Assembly: GCA_038120515.1 (NCBI GenBank)
Contig: JAYOLW010000008.1
Span: 15,908-66,858, forward strand
Direction: 5' to 3'
Length of the DNA stretch: 50,951 bases
From: Rickettsiales bacterium
GTDB taxonomy: Bacteria > Pseudomonadota > Alphaproteobacteria > Rickettsiales > JABIRX01
Position numbers and translations under genes: made by a program. Below are positions 21,592-31,361 of the stretch, piece after piece. A model generated the notes under the pieces. The model saw nothing but the letters and a program-made list of their open reading frames with translations. It did not search any database and had not been told where the DNA came from. Every line of letters begins with the position of its first letter. Positions within the stretch are counted from its first letter, which is position 1.

Positions 21592-21671
21592 ATCACAAGC
21601 CTATTCGCACTTATGTAATTTTTTATTACTACTTATGCTAGTAGTCAATAGTTTTTTTGTAATATTTTATT

Positions 21672-23171
21672 ATGTATGCGCGAACTTTATCTGTAGCCCT
21701 TTATGGGATTGAAACTCTTGAAATCGAAATTCAATGTCAACTAACTAATGACACACCAGGATTCCAAATAGTTGGACTTGGTAGCAAAGCTATCTCTGAA
21801 GCAAAAGAAAGAGTTAAAGCTGCTATAAACTCATTAGGTATCTCATTACCATGTCAAAGAATAATTATAAACCTTGCACCATCAGCCATTATAAAAGAAG
21901 GTAGTCATTATGACCTTCCAATAATTCTTGCAATTCTTGCAGCTATGAAAGTAATCAGAAAGCAAGACATAGAAAATAGAATTTTTGCTGGTGAGATTTC
22001 ACTTAATGCTGATATAAAACCAACTAATGGTATATTACCTATAGCGATACACTCCGTAAAATCCGAAAAAGAGTTATTCTGCCCAGCTGATAATTATGAA
22101 GAAGCATATTTTAGCGGTAATCAAAAAATATATGCAATAAAGAACATTTTAGAGCTTATAAAATATTTCAAAGGCGAAACTGAAATTGAAAATCCTAAAA
22201 TTAATATTAAAAAACAAATCACAAAAAGCTATAAAGATTTCTCAGAAATATCAGGTCATGAGCTGGCAAAAAGAGCACTAACTATTGCTGCCGCAGGTAA
22301 CCATAATATATTAATGATTGGACCACCAGGATGTGGTAAAACAATGCTAGCAGAAGCATTTACTTCAATTTTGCCAGAACCTAATCCAGAAAAGATTTTA
22401 GAAACTAGCATGATATATAGTATATCTGGCAAACTTAGCAAAGGTTTAAAACATGATGTACCATACAGATCTCCTCATCATACAGCATCTAATATATCAA
22501 TTATTGGTGGAGGTAAAAATGCAAAACCAGGAGAAATCTCAATGGCACATAATGGAATTTTATTTTTAGACGAACTGCCCGAATTTAATCAAAGCACTAT
22601 TGATTCACTTAGACAACCAATTGAATCAGGAGAGATAACAATTTCAAGGGCTGAGAAAATAGTTAACTACCCTGCTAAATTTCAATTAATATCAGCTATG
22701 AATCCTTGTAAATGTGGAAATTTCTTCGAAGAAAATGTGAATTGTACCCAAATACCATTTTGTTCTGAAAAATATATGAACAAGGTTTCTGGTCCTATCT
22801 TAGACAGATTTGATATAATCGTAAAATTGTCATACCAAAAATTATCAATTTCTGAAAATAACAATGAATCATCAAATATAATTAAAAAAAAGGTGGTAAT
22901 GGCACGAGAGCTGCAGAGAAAAAGACTTTCTGAATATAATATTGAAACAAACAATCAAATGACAACAAAGATTATCAAATCAATATATGCAGAAAACAAC
23001 GTTATTAATGACTTTATTCAAAAACTTAATGAAAAATCTTTTACATCACGCTCAATATTTAAAATTGTAAGGCTGGCACAAACAATTTCAGACCTAAATA
23101 ATGAAGGAATTATCACAAAAAACAATTTATATGAAGCTCTACAATATAAAAACTTTATAAAAAAAAATTAG
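21672..23171 (+). CDS. comM: ComM/YifB Mg-chelatase-like AAA+ helicase
   Basis: INLAP...KEGSHYDLPI, GPPGCGKT, PHHTAS, PGEISMAHNGILFLDELPEF, AMNPCKCG and SGPILDRFD. Confidence 0.93.
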   Translation: MYARTLSVALYGIETLEIEIQCQLTNDTPGFQIVGLGSKAISEAKERVKAAINSLGISLPCQRIIINLAPSAIIKEGSHYDLPIILAILAAMKVIRKQDIENRIFAGEISLNADIKPTNGILPIAIHSVKSEKELFCPADNYEEAYFSGNQKIYAIKNILELIKYFKGETEIENPKINIKKQITKSYKDFSEISGHELAKRALTIAAAGNHNILMIGPPGCGKTMLAEAFTSILPEPNPEKILETSMIYSISGKLSKGLKHDVPYRSPHHTASNISIIGGGKNAKPGEISMAHNGILFLDELPEFNQSTIDSLRQPIESGEITISRAEKIVNYPAKFQLISAMNPCKCGNFFEENVNCTQIPFCSEKYMNKVSGPILDRFDIIVKLSYQKLSISENNNESSNIIKKKVVMARELQRKRLSEYNIETNNQMTTKIIKSIYAENNVINDFIQKLNEKSFTSRSIFKIVRLAQTISDLNNEGIITKNNLYEALQYKNFIKKN

Positions 23172-23863
23172 GCTTTCTTTTTTTTATTTTTCTTCGGAGG
23201 AATAAAATTGAAACTATCATCATTTAATATTGAGGATTTCTTGGAATCCTTAATATTTTTTATATTACTGATATCTATTTTATCTTCTAAAATGATATCA
23301 TCATCCTTATCGGCAATATCATCATTATTAAAATTGATAAGATTTGAGGAATTACTATCTTTACTATCAATAAGACTGCTAATAGATGGTATATATTCTA
23401 AATCATCATCAGAATTTTTATCACTATCAATATCTAGATCAGTATCTGTTGATTTATTATTCTCAAAAAAAGTTTCATTATCAGAAATTATTTCTTCTTT
23501 TGGTTTATCAACTTTATTTAAAATACCATTTATATTTGCACCTGGTTTAGTAGTAAGATTTTTATAATTTATTTGACCTTCAAAAACACCAGTATCGTCA
23601 ATTATAACATCATCAACATTAACTATTCCTTTAACCACGCCTTTTATTACAAGTTTATCAGCAAAGATATCACCATCAACTTTTGACTCCTTTCTAATTA
23701 TAACATTATTGCATTTAACATTCCCTTTAACTTTACCACCAATTTCAATAGAGCCCTGACTAACCAAATCTCCTGAAATATTTAGATCAGAAACTATAAT
23801 AGATGGAGCAGAAGAAATTGCAGGTAGGTTTGCATTTGATTTATTTTTTTTTCTAGAAAACAT
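23168..23863 (-). CDS. Bactofilin (polymer-forming cytoskeletal protein) with long acidic C-terminal tail
   Basis: MFSRKK membrane-targeting-type N-terminus; PSII...I-x-G-x-V-x-G beta-helix repeats; D/S/N-rich tail ending in a Lys run. Confidence 0.9.
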   Translation of the reverse strand: MFSRKKNKSNANLPAISSAPSIIVSDLNISGDLVSQGSIEIGGKVKGNVKCNNVIIRKESKVDGDIFADKLVIKGVVKGIVNVDDVIIDDTGVFEGQINYKNLTTKPGANINGILNKVDKPKEEIISDNETFFENNKSTDTDLDIDSDKNSDDDLEYIPSISSLIDSKDSNSSNLINFNNDDIADKDDDIILEDKIDISNIKNIKDSKKSSILNDDSFNFIPPKKNKKKKA

Positions 23864-24938
23864 ATCGACCAGCTCTTAAAAAATTAATTGGGTTATAAGG
23901 TTTATTCATATAACGAATTTCATAATGCAAGTGAGGACCAGAGCTTCTGCCAGTATTTCCTTGAATACCAATAATTTGACCTCTAGTAACAATATCACCT
24001 TTAGCAACTTTAAGAGATTTCAAATGTCCGTATCTAGTTGTAACTTTATAACCGTGATCAATTTCAATTAAATTACCATAATTTCCTTTTCTACCAGCAA
24101 ATTTAATAACCCCTGGTGAAGTAGCCATAACTTCATTATCAATTGGACCAGCAAAATCTAGACCAAAATGTGAGGATTCTTTACCAAGAAATGGATCAAA
24201 TCTTTCACCGTAATATGAAGAAATATAATATTTTTTAACCGGTGATGATAATGGTACAGAATTCATTAGATTTTCAAGAAAAAACAATCTTGAAACATTT
24301 TCGTTAAAAGCAATATTTTTATCAATGTTTTCTTCATCATATTCTACGTCAAAAGTTTCCGCAGTATTAGGACCACCTTGATTAGAAAAAATAGAATCAA
24401 TATTCATATTATTAGATTTTTTTTCTTTCACATTTGGCTTTATCGTTGAAAGAGGAAGGCCAGTCATAGAAACTATTTTTTCTATTTCAGAAATTCTTGA
24501 AAGTGTATTTGAATTAATTTCAGTCAATACTTTACCCTTAGATTCAAGTTTAGAGATTTTTTTCAAATCATTTTTGTTTGAATCTAGAGAGCTTGTTTGA
24601 TCTAATTTTTTAAATTTTTTATTTAGCTCTTTACGGTTATAGTCAAAGCTTTTAACTGTATCAAAATAACTATTTAAACGAACCAAGTTGCCTTGGAGGC
24701 TATCAATTCTTGTTTGCAAATCTAAGTTGATTAAGTTTGCTTGTTCAATTTCTTGTTCTTTGTGAACTAGTATTTTTTTATAGGCAAAATATTTACCACT
24801 AGAAAACGAAGCCCAACTAATAATAATACCAACTAAGGCAAAAAAACCTAACTGATATTTTTTAGGCAAAGCATAACTGACAATCTGATCATCAGTTATC
24901 AGCATAATTTTTTTAACTCTAAAAAAGTTATTTATCAT
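23853..24938 (-). CDS. Membrane-anchored M23 (LytM) peptidoglycan endopeptidase
   Basis: TM and coiled coil, then ISSYYGERFDP, HFGLD, YGHL and GNTGRSSGPHLHYE zinc motifs; overlaps the bactofilin gene by 11 nt. Confidence 0.93.
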   Translation of the reverse strand: MINNFFRVKKIMLITDDQIVSYALPKKYQLGFFALVGIIISWASFSSGKYFAYKKILVHKEQEIEQANLINLDLQTRIDSLQGNLVRLNSYFDTVKSFDYNRKELNKKFKKLDQTSSLDSNKNDLKKISKLESKGKVLTEINSNTLSRISEIEKIVSMTGLPLSTIKPNVKEKKSNNMNIDSIFSNQGGPNTAETFDVEYDEENIDKNIAFNENVSRLFFLENLMNSVPLSSPVKKYYISSYYGERFDPFLGKESSHFGLDFAGPIDNEVMATSPGVIKFAGRKGNYGNLIEIDHGYKVTTRYGHLKSLKVAKGDIVTRGQIIGIQGNTGRSSGPHLHYEIRYMNKPYNPINFLRAGRYVF

Positions 24939-25205
24939 CTTAACTCTAATTATAACAAATTTTAAGAAAGTTTCAGAAAAAACTATATATATTTTTAATT
25001 AATTCTAGCAATGATTGTATTTTATATGCAAGGGTTATTTTTACATTTTAAAAGAATTTTTCAATACAAAGCAAACAACAAAACATTTAGAATTATTAAT
25101 AACTTATGTTAGTTTTCTTCAAAAATCCAGAATAATTAATAACAAAAATAACTTTTTTTAAAAAAAACTAAAGATCTCCACTTAAAGCTCTGACTTTACA
25201 GACCT

Positions 25206-26672
25206 TTACTTAGAAACCCCATAATTTGGAGCCTCTCTTGTGATATCAATATTATGAGGATGAGACTCAAATAAGCCAGATTGCGAAATTTTTATAAATT
25301 GTGCTTTTTTATGAAATTCAATTAGATTTCTCGACCCACAATATCCCATTGAAGACTTAAGGCCGCCAATAAGTTGATATATAACATCTGCAGCCTGACC
25401 TTTATATGGCACCCTACCTTCAACACCCTCAGGTACTAACTTATATTCATTATCAACATCTTCTTGAAAATATCTATCAGCGCTACCACGTGCCATCGCA
25501 CCTAACGAACCCATGCCACGATAATATTTATATGATCTTCCTTTAAAAAGAATAATCTCGCCTGGAGTTTCTTTACAACCAGCTAGCAACCCACCCAGCA
25601 TTACACAACTAGCTCCAGCTGCCAATGCTTTGGCAAGGTCACCAGAATATTTGATACCACCATCAGAAATCATCGGAATGTCCAATTCTTTACACATTTT
25701 TGAAACCTGAAGTACCGCAGATAATTGTGGCACGCCAACACCAGCTACAATTCTTGTAGTACAAATAGAACCTGGGCCAATTCCAACTTTTACACCATCA
25801 ACTCCAGCTTCATACAATCTTTTAGCAGCTTCATCAGTTGCAATATTCCCAGCTATTACATCAACATTATTATAATTTTGTTTTATGTATTTAACCATTT
25901 CAATAACACCCTTGGAATCGCCATGAGCAGTATCAACAATCAATATATCAACTTTTGCCTCAACAAGAGCATCAATCCTTTCTTCAGAATCTTTACCAAT
26001 ACCAACTGCGGCAGCTACTCTTAATCTTCCAAAATTATCTTTTACAGCCAATGGATGTTTTTTGGCATTTTCCATATCTTTTACAGTTAATAAACCTACA
26101 CAATTATAGTCTCCATCTACGACTAATAGTCTCTCTATTTTGTTTTTATGTAAAAGTTCTTTAGCCTGTTTTTTACTAGCACCTTCAGTAATAGTTATTA
26201 GATTTTTTGAAGTCATCAACTCTTTTACTTGTAAATTTGTATCAGCACAAAATCTTACATCACGATTAGTTAATATACCTTTTAGTTTTTTATCTTTTGC
26301 AACTACAGGTATTCCTGATATGCCATGTTTTTTCATTAATGATATAGCAGATAAAACTGTTTCATCTGGACCAATAGTTATGGGATTATGCACTATCCCA
26401 GATTCAAATTTTTTAACTTTTATTACCTCGTTTTTTTGTTGCGTAACAGTCATATTTTTATGAATACAACCTATTGCACCATTTTGCGCCATAGTAATAG
26501 CAAGCCTACTTTCTGTAACAGTATCCATTGCAGCAGATATAATAGGAACATTTAGCTCAACATTACGAGAGATTTTTGTAGCAATATTTACTTGCTTAGG
26601 AAGTATTTCTGAATATTGCGGTTTAAGTAAAACATCGTCAAATGTAAAATATGTATCAAGGTTTATTGCCAT
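25206..26672 (-). CDS. guaB: IMP dehydrogenase with CBS pair
   Basis: [16 protein letters not shown], catalytic [17 protein letters not shown] and VPEGVEG. Confidence 0.98.
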   Translation of the reverse strand: MAINLDTYFTFDDVLLKPQYSEILPKQVNIATKISRNVELNVPIISAAMDTVTESRLAITMAQNGAIGCIHKNMTVTQQKNEVIKVKKFESGIVHNPITIGPDETVLSAISLMKKHGISGIPVVAKDKKLKGILTNRDVRFCADTNLQVKELMTSKNLITITEGASKKQAKELLHKNKIERLLVVDGDYNCVGLLTVKDMENAKKHPLAVKDNFGRLRVAAAVGIGKDSEERIDALVEAKVDILIVDTAHGDSKGVIEMVKYIKQNYNNVDVIAGNIATDEAAKRLYEAGVDGVKVGIGPGSICTTRIVAGVGVPQLSAVLQVSKMCKELDIPMISDGGIKYSGDLAKALAAGASCVMLGGLLAGCKETPGEIILFKGRSYKYYRGMGSLGAMARGSADRYFQEDVDNEYKLVPEGVEGRVPYKGQAADVIYQLIGGLKSSMGYCGSRNLIEFHKKAQFIKISQSGLFESHPHNIDITREAPNYGVSK

Positions 26673-26760
26673 TTATATAAAAATAGTTTATAATATTACA
26701 AAAGATTATTTATCACAGACTTTATAAACTAACATATTTAAATAGTAATATTTTTTTGCA

Positions 26761-28368
26761 ATGGGTAGAGCTAGATATAACAACTATTCATCCTTAAGTT
26801 TTATTGAGGGTTTAACTCATATACAAACTGGTGCTTACAGAGATGGAAACAACATTGTAATATCATTTAATACAAATGCAGACCTTAATATGGCTTTGAA
26901 TCTTCAAAAAGCATTTGGAGGTCCAAGCATAGCAACTATATACAGACAAAAGTCAAATCCAAATGTTTTTGAAATAAGTGTTCCTAGTTCCGCATATGCT
27001 CAAGTCACATCAAAACATGGAAATGGTCTTGAAACATTTTTCAATAGATTTCTCGAAGCCCAAACAATATCTATGAAACAAACTTTATCGAGTATTAAAG
27101 GTTTTAAGGATTTCGTTTTATCAGACAATAAAAATTCAATTATTTGTGAAAGATCTAAAAAGATGTCATCTTTAGATTTTTATAGAACTGAGCTTGCCTT
27201 TAATTTCTATAGAGACAGATTTATGTCAGGTAATACAAGGACTAAAACTCAATTAACAAATATGAGTTATGGCCCTAGTTTTCTTAGAGATTACGAAAAG
27301 ACTCTAGCTAAAGAATTATCGAAAAGAAGGCCTAACAGCACAGAAATGTTTAGATCTGGTATATTAGGAATCAAACCTACAGATATTTTGTTTTTTAATC
27401 AAAAAAGATTTGAAGATAATTTTCCAGGAATAAAAAAAGATTTTAAACAAAAAACCCCAGAAAAACTTATTTCCCAGAAATTATTCAAACCAAAGAACCC
27501 ATTTAAAGAAAATTTATTTCTTTTACCTATCAATATTGTAGAATTTGCAATAATGACATTATTTTACGTCATAACTTATTATCCTAATTTGTTTCTAAAC
27601 AGAGGTTACAACAAACTTAGTAAAGAGTTCAGAGATCATGTTGTATCAAGAAAAGCTCTTGATCAAAAGGGGCTAAATAAATCTGTTATTTTAAGCGAAA
27701 TGACAGCTGCACTCAATGACGATCTTAGACCTTTCGAAAACTCTCCTCTAAATGGTAAATTTCTTTTTACGATAAAAGATACTCATAGTAGATTTGCACA
27801 AAGAACTTTAATCGGACATTACAAAGACACATATGATTTAAAGTCACCTTCTCTAAAAACTAAAATGAACTCATCTTCAGCTCCCAAATTTTGTGGAGGA
27901 ACTACAGAGTTTTTAAATGGGTCAGACTCATCTATTATAACTTTTTATGGTCACTCAAGACTAGAAGCAAAAGAAACAATTTTACATGAATTAATACATA
28001 GTGTCTGCCACAGAATTGAAAGATCAGATAACTATAGACAAGATAAAAGCGAATTTAATAGACTTTTACATGAATCAAACCAATGGATTAAAGATTTTTG
28101 CAGAAAACATAATATAAAATTTGATACATCAACTATAAAAGATATTGATGGTCGTATATTACAAGACCTAGATTATCATGCAAATGATGGAATTGAATAT
28201 ATGGCAAATTTATTGCCAAAAATCTCACAAATTAGATCATTAAAACCTGATGAGTTTGATAAGGAAGTTGGTAATAAAACTAATCCAATAAAACAATTAT
28301 GTAATAAATTTGACGAAGCCTGTGAAAAACTTAATAACAAAGATGCTAGCAAGTCTTACCGAAGATAA
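26761..28368 (+). CDS. Hypothetical protein with C-terminal HExxH zinc-metalloprotease-like motif
   Basis: 535-aa ORF; TILHELIHS (His409 at 27985), downstream EYMANLL, an internal hydrophobic segment and a basic C-terminus (KSYRR). No family recognised. Confidence 0.6.
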   Translation: MGRARYNNYSSLSFIEGLTHIQTGAYRDGNNIVISFNTNADLNMALNLQKAFGGPSIATIYRQKSNPNVFEISVPSSAYAQVTSKHGNGLETFFNRFLEAQTISMKQTLSSIKGFKDFVLSDNKNSIICERSKKMSSLDFYRTELAFNFYRDRFMSGNTRTKTQLTNMSYGPSFLRDYEKTLAKELSKRRPNSTEMFRSGILGIKPTDILFFNQKRFEDNFPGIKKDFKQKTPEKLISQKLFKPKNPFKENLFLLPINIVEFAIMTLFYVITYYPNLFLNRGYNKLSKEFRDHVVSRKALDQKGLNKSVILSEMTAALNDDLRPFENSPLNGKFLFTIKDTHSRFAQRTLIGHYKDTYDLKSPSLKTKMNSSSAPKFCGGTTEFLNGSDSSIITFYGHSRLEAKETILHELIHSVCHRIERSDNYRQDKSEFNRLLHESNQWIKDFCRKHNIKFDTSTIKDIDGRILQDLDYHANDGIEYMANLLPKISQIRSLKPDEFDKEVGNKTNPIKQLCNKFDEACEKLNNKDASKSYRR

Positions 28369-28373
28369 AAAAA

Positions 28374-30167
28374 TCAATCAATTTTAAGAACTGCAACAAA
28401 AGCTGATTGAGGTATTTCTATTTTACCAATTTGTCTCATTCTTTTCTTACCCTTTTTCTGCTTTTCCAATAACTTACGCTTCCTTGATACATCACCACCA
28501 TAACATTTGGCAGTAACATCCTTTCTCATAGCACTTACAGTTTCGCGCGCTACAATTTTACCACCAATAGCTGCCTGTATTGCAACTTTATATAACTGTC
28601 TTGGTATTAAATCTTTTAGCTTTTGACATAAAATCCTCCCCCTAGCCTCAGCAAAAGCCTTATCAACAATAATAGCAAGAGCATCAACTGGATCCCCATT
28701 AATTAAGATATGAAGTTTAACAAGATTGCCCTCTGAATAACCATCCATCTCCCAATCAAAAGATGCATAACCACTAGAAACCGATTTTAATTTATCATAA
28801 AAATCAAAAACAATCTCATTAAGAGGCAATCGATAAACTACCATAGCTCTGTTACCAGCATAAGTAAGATCAACCTGCTCACCCCTTTTATCATTACAAA
28901 GCTTTAAAATATTACCAAGATATTCATCTGGTACTAAAATTGTTGCCTTAATCCAAGGCTCCTGAATTGAACGAATCCTCATAGGATCAGGAAGATCAGC
29001 AGGATTATGAACATCCAAACCTGTTCCATCAGATAAATCAACTTTATATATTACACTTGGAGCTGTTGTAATAAGATCTAAATCAAATTCACGCTCCAAT
29101 CTTTCTTGAATAATCTCTAAATGCAAAAGCCCTAGAAACCCACATCTAAAACCAAGACCTAATGCCGATGAAGATTCATGCTGAAATTCAAAACTTGCAT
29201 CATTTAGTTTCAGTTTATATAGACTATCCTTTAATTTATCATATTCACTTTGATCTGTCGGAAATAACGAACAAAAAACTACCGATTTAATTTCTTTAAA
29301 TCCTGGTAGAGCTTCAACATTTGCATCATAATATGTTAATGTATCACCAATATTGCAATCTGATAACTCTTTGATAGCTGCATTAATAAAACCAATTTCA
29401 CCAGAAGACAACGAATCCGATTTTATTTTTTTAGGAGTAAAAAAACCAACATCTTCAACTAAATATTCGGATCCAGTTGAAACCATTTTCATTTTCTTGC
29501 CCTTTTTAAGAGAACCACTAATAATTCGAGTCAATAATATAACTCCAAGATAACTATCATACCAACCATCAACCAAAAGCGCTCTCAAAGGCTCTTCATC
29601 GGCATAGCTAGGCTCTGGTATATATTTAACAATAGCTTCAAGAACCTCTTCAATACCTTTACCAGTTTTAGCCGAGGCTTGCACTGCATTACTAGTATCT
29701 ATACCAATTACATCTTCAATTTCTTCCAAAACTCTCTCAGGATCAGCTGCTGGAAGATCAATTTTATTTAATACCGTTATAATCTCATGGTCATTATCAA
29801 TTGCTTGATAAACATTTGCAAGTGTTTGTGCTTCAACTCCTTGAGAGGCATCCACAACTAGTAACGACCCTTCACATGCAGACAAAGACCTAGAAACTTC
29901 ATAAGAAAAATCAACATGACCAGGAGTGTCCATTAAATTTAAAATATAGTCTTGCCCATCCTTAGCTTTATATTTCAATCTAACTGTCTGTGCTTTAATT
30001 GTAATACCTCTTTCTTTCTCAATATCCATTGAGTCAAGAATTTGAGCACTCATCTCTCTTTGTTCTAATCCACCGCAATATTCAATCAACCTATCAGCTA
30101 AAGTAGATTTTCCATGATCAATATGAGCAATAATTGCAAAATTTCTGATATTTTTTCCTGTAGACAT
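28374..30167 (-). CDS. lepA: Elongation factor 4
   Basis: [36 protein letters not shown] and [14 protein letters not shown]. Confidence 0.99.
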   Translation of the reverse strand: MSTGKNIRNFAIIAHIDHGKSTLADRLIEYCGGLEQREMSAQILDSMDIEKERGITIKAQTVRLKYKAKDGQDYILNLMDTPGHVDFSYEVSRSLSACEGSLLVVDASQGVEAQTLANVYQAIDNDHEIITVLNKIDLPAADPERVLEEIEDVIGIDTSNAVQASAKTGKGIEEVLEAIVKYIPEPSYADEEPLRALLVDGWYDSYLGVILLTRIISGSLKKGKKMKMVSTGSEYLVEDVGFFTPKKIKSDSLSSGEIGFINAAIKELSDCNIGDTLTYYDANVEALPGFKEIKSVVFCSLFPTDQSEYDKLKDSLYKLKLNDASFEFQHESSSALGLGFRCGFLGLLHLEIIQERLEREFDLDLITTAPSVIYKVDLSDGTGLDVHNPADLPDPMRIRSIQEPWIKATILVPDEYLGNILKLCNDKRGEQVDLTYAGNRAMVVYRLPLNEIVFDFYDKLKSVSSGYASFDWEMDGYSEGNLVKLHILINGDPVDALAIIVDKAFAEARGRILCQKLKDLIPRQLYKVAIQAAIGGKIVARETVSAMRKDVTAKCYGGDVSRKRKLLEKQKKGKKRMRQIGKIEIPQSAFVAVLKID

Positions 30168-30170
30168 AAT

Positions 30171-30776
30171 TTATTTAGTAGCCTTAAAACTTGAAAGATC
30201 GACGTTTAAACCAGATAGGATTTGATGTAAATCATAAACTGGCAATCCTAAAATATTAGAATAGGAGCCTGAGATAAATTTTAGATATCTGCCTATATAA
30301 CCTTCAATCCTATAAGCCCCAGAACACCCCATCCATTCACCCGTTGCAATATAATCATCTATTTCTTTTGATGTCATATTTTTGAATTGTAATACTGATT
30401 CGACAATTTTTAATCTAAAAATGTTATCTCGAGGTAATGCTACGCACATTGATGTATACAATTTATGACGCTTGCCTTTTATAATATCTAAATATTCACG
30501 AGCCACTTTTTCGTCAAAAGTTTTATCCATGATACGACCTTTTGATATAGAAACAGTATCAGCCGCAATTATTAAAGCATTTGGATTTGTCTCAGCAATT
30601 TTTTGACATTTTGTTAACGACAGTCTTTTTGCCATCTCTTGAGCTTTTTCACCTTTTTTCCTCACTTCCTCAATATCAGGTGGCAATATTTTTGATGGAA
30701 ACAAACCAATAGAATGCAGTAACCCCAATCTAGATTTAGACCCAGATGCTAGGATAAAATCATCTGGCTTAATCAT
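30171..30776 (-). CDS. maf: Maf-family nucleoside triphosphate pyrophosphatase
   Basis: ILASGSKSR, IIAADT, GAYRIEG and GSYSNILGLP; follows infA. Confidence 0.93.
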   Translation of the reverse strand: MIKPDDFILASGSKSRLGLLHSIGLFPSKILPPDIEEVRKKGEKAQEMAKRLSLTKCQKIAETNPNALIIAADTVSISKGRIMDKTFDEKVAREYLDIIKGKRHKLYTSMCVALPRDNIFRLKIVESVLQFKNMTSKEIDDYIATGEWMGCSGAYRIEGYIGRYLKFISGSYSNILGLPVYDLHQILSGLNVDLSSFKATK

Positions 30777-30994
30777 TATTTTTTTCTTCTCGTAATTCTT
30801 CCTTTTGTCAGATCATAAGGAGTCATTTCAACAGTAACTTCATCATGAAGTAAAACTCTAATACGGTTTTTTCTCATTCTTCCAGAGGTATGAGCCAGTA
30901 TAACATGACCACTTTCTAGCTCAACTTTGAACATAGTATTTGGAAGCACTTCAATAACCTTACCCTCAAATTGAATTAATTCTTCTTTTGCCAT
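30776..30994 (-). CDS. infA: Translation initiation factor IF-1
   Basis: 72 aa, MAKEELI...LPNTMF...[10 protein letters not shown]...PYDLTKGRI. Confidence 0.99.
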   Translation of the reverse strand: MAKEELIQFEGKVIEVLPNTMFKVELESGHVILAHTSGRMRKNRIRVLLHDEVTVEMTPYDLTKGRITRRKK

Positions 30995-31060
30995 ATATTT
31001 TATTGATTGTGTTTATAGTAAAAATTGTTATAAATTTTAAATCACATGTGATTAAAACAA

Positions 31061-31270
31061 ATGCAAGATAAAATCAAGGATATACCGAATCTTAATTTTG
31101 AAACTGCTCTCAAAAAACTTGAAGAAGTAGTTTCACAAATTGAAAGCTCTGATGCAAATTTAGATGATTCTATCAATATTTATGAATATGGCGTTGCTCT
31201 TAAGAAACATTTATACAAAAAACTAGACGAAGCCAAAATGAAAATTGACAAAATAAGTGAAGAATCATAA
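31061..31270 (+). CDS. xseB: Exodeoxyribonuclease VII small subunit
   Basis: FETALKKLEEVV...LDDSINIYEYG...L..AKMKI pattern. Confidence 0.92.
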   Translation: MQDKIKDIPNLNFETALKKLEEVVSQIESSDANLDDSINIYEYGVALKKHLYKKLDEAKMKIDKISEES

Positions 31271-31277
31271 CTAAAGT

Positions 31278-31354
31278 TGGTGCAACTGGCAGGAATCGAA
31301 CCTGCGACCTAAGGATTAGGAATCCTTCGCTCTATCCTACTGAGCTACAGCTGC
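31278..31354 (-). tRNA. tRNA-Arg (anticodon CCT), CCA encoded
   Basis: Reverse complement GCAGCTGTAGCTCAGTAGGATAGAGCGAAGGATTCCTAATCCTTAGGTCGCAGGTTCGATTCCTGCCAGTTGCACCA: 7-bp acceptor stem, AAGGA/TCCTT anticodon stem, GTTCGA T-loop. Confidence 0.96.
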
Positions 31355-31361
31355 AAAAAAT

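Noticed and set aside
21545-21610. Group II intron remnant (GTGCG on the minus strand), SRP RNA or CRISPR repeat
   Set aside because: No domain V, no SRP GGAA-loop motif, and only a single copy with no spacers.
24939-25205. Longest intergenic gap as replication origin, dif site or ncRNA
   Set aside because: Extremely AT-rich, with no clear DnaA-box cluster, stable stem or complete dif arms; most likely just the M23-bactofilin promoter region.
31278-31354. tRNA as integration site of a genomic island
   Set aside because: No duplicated tRNA 3' end seen in the window, and the flanks are housekeeping genes.
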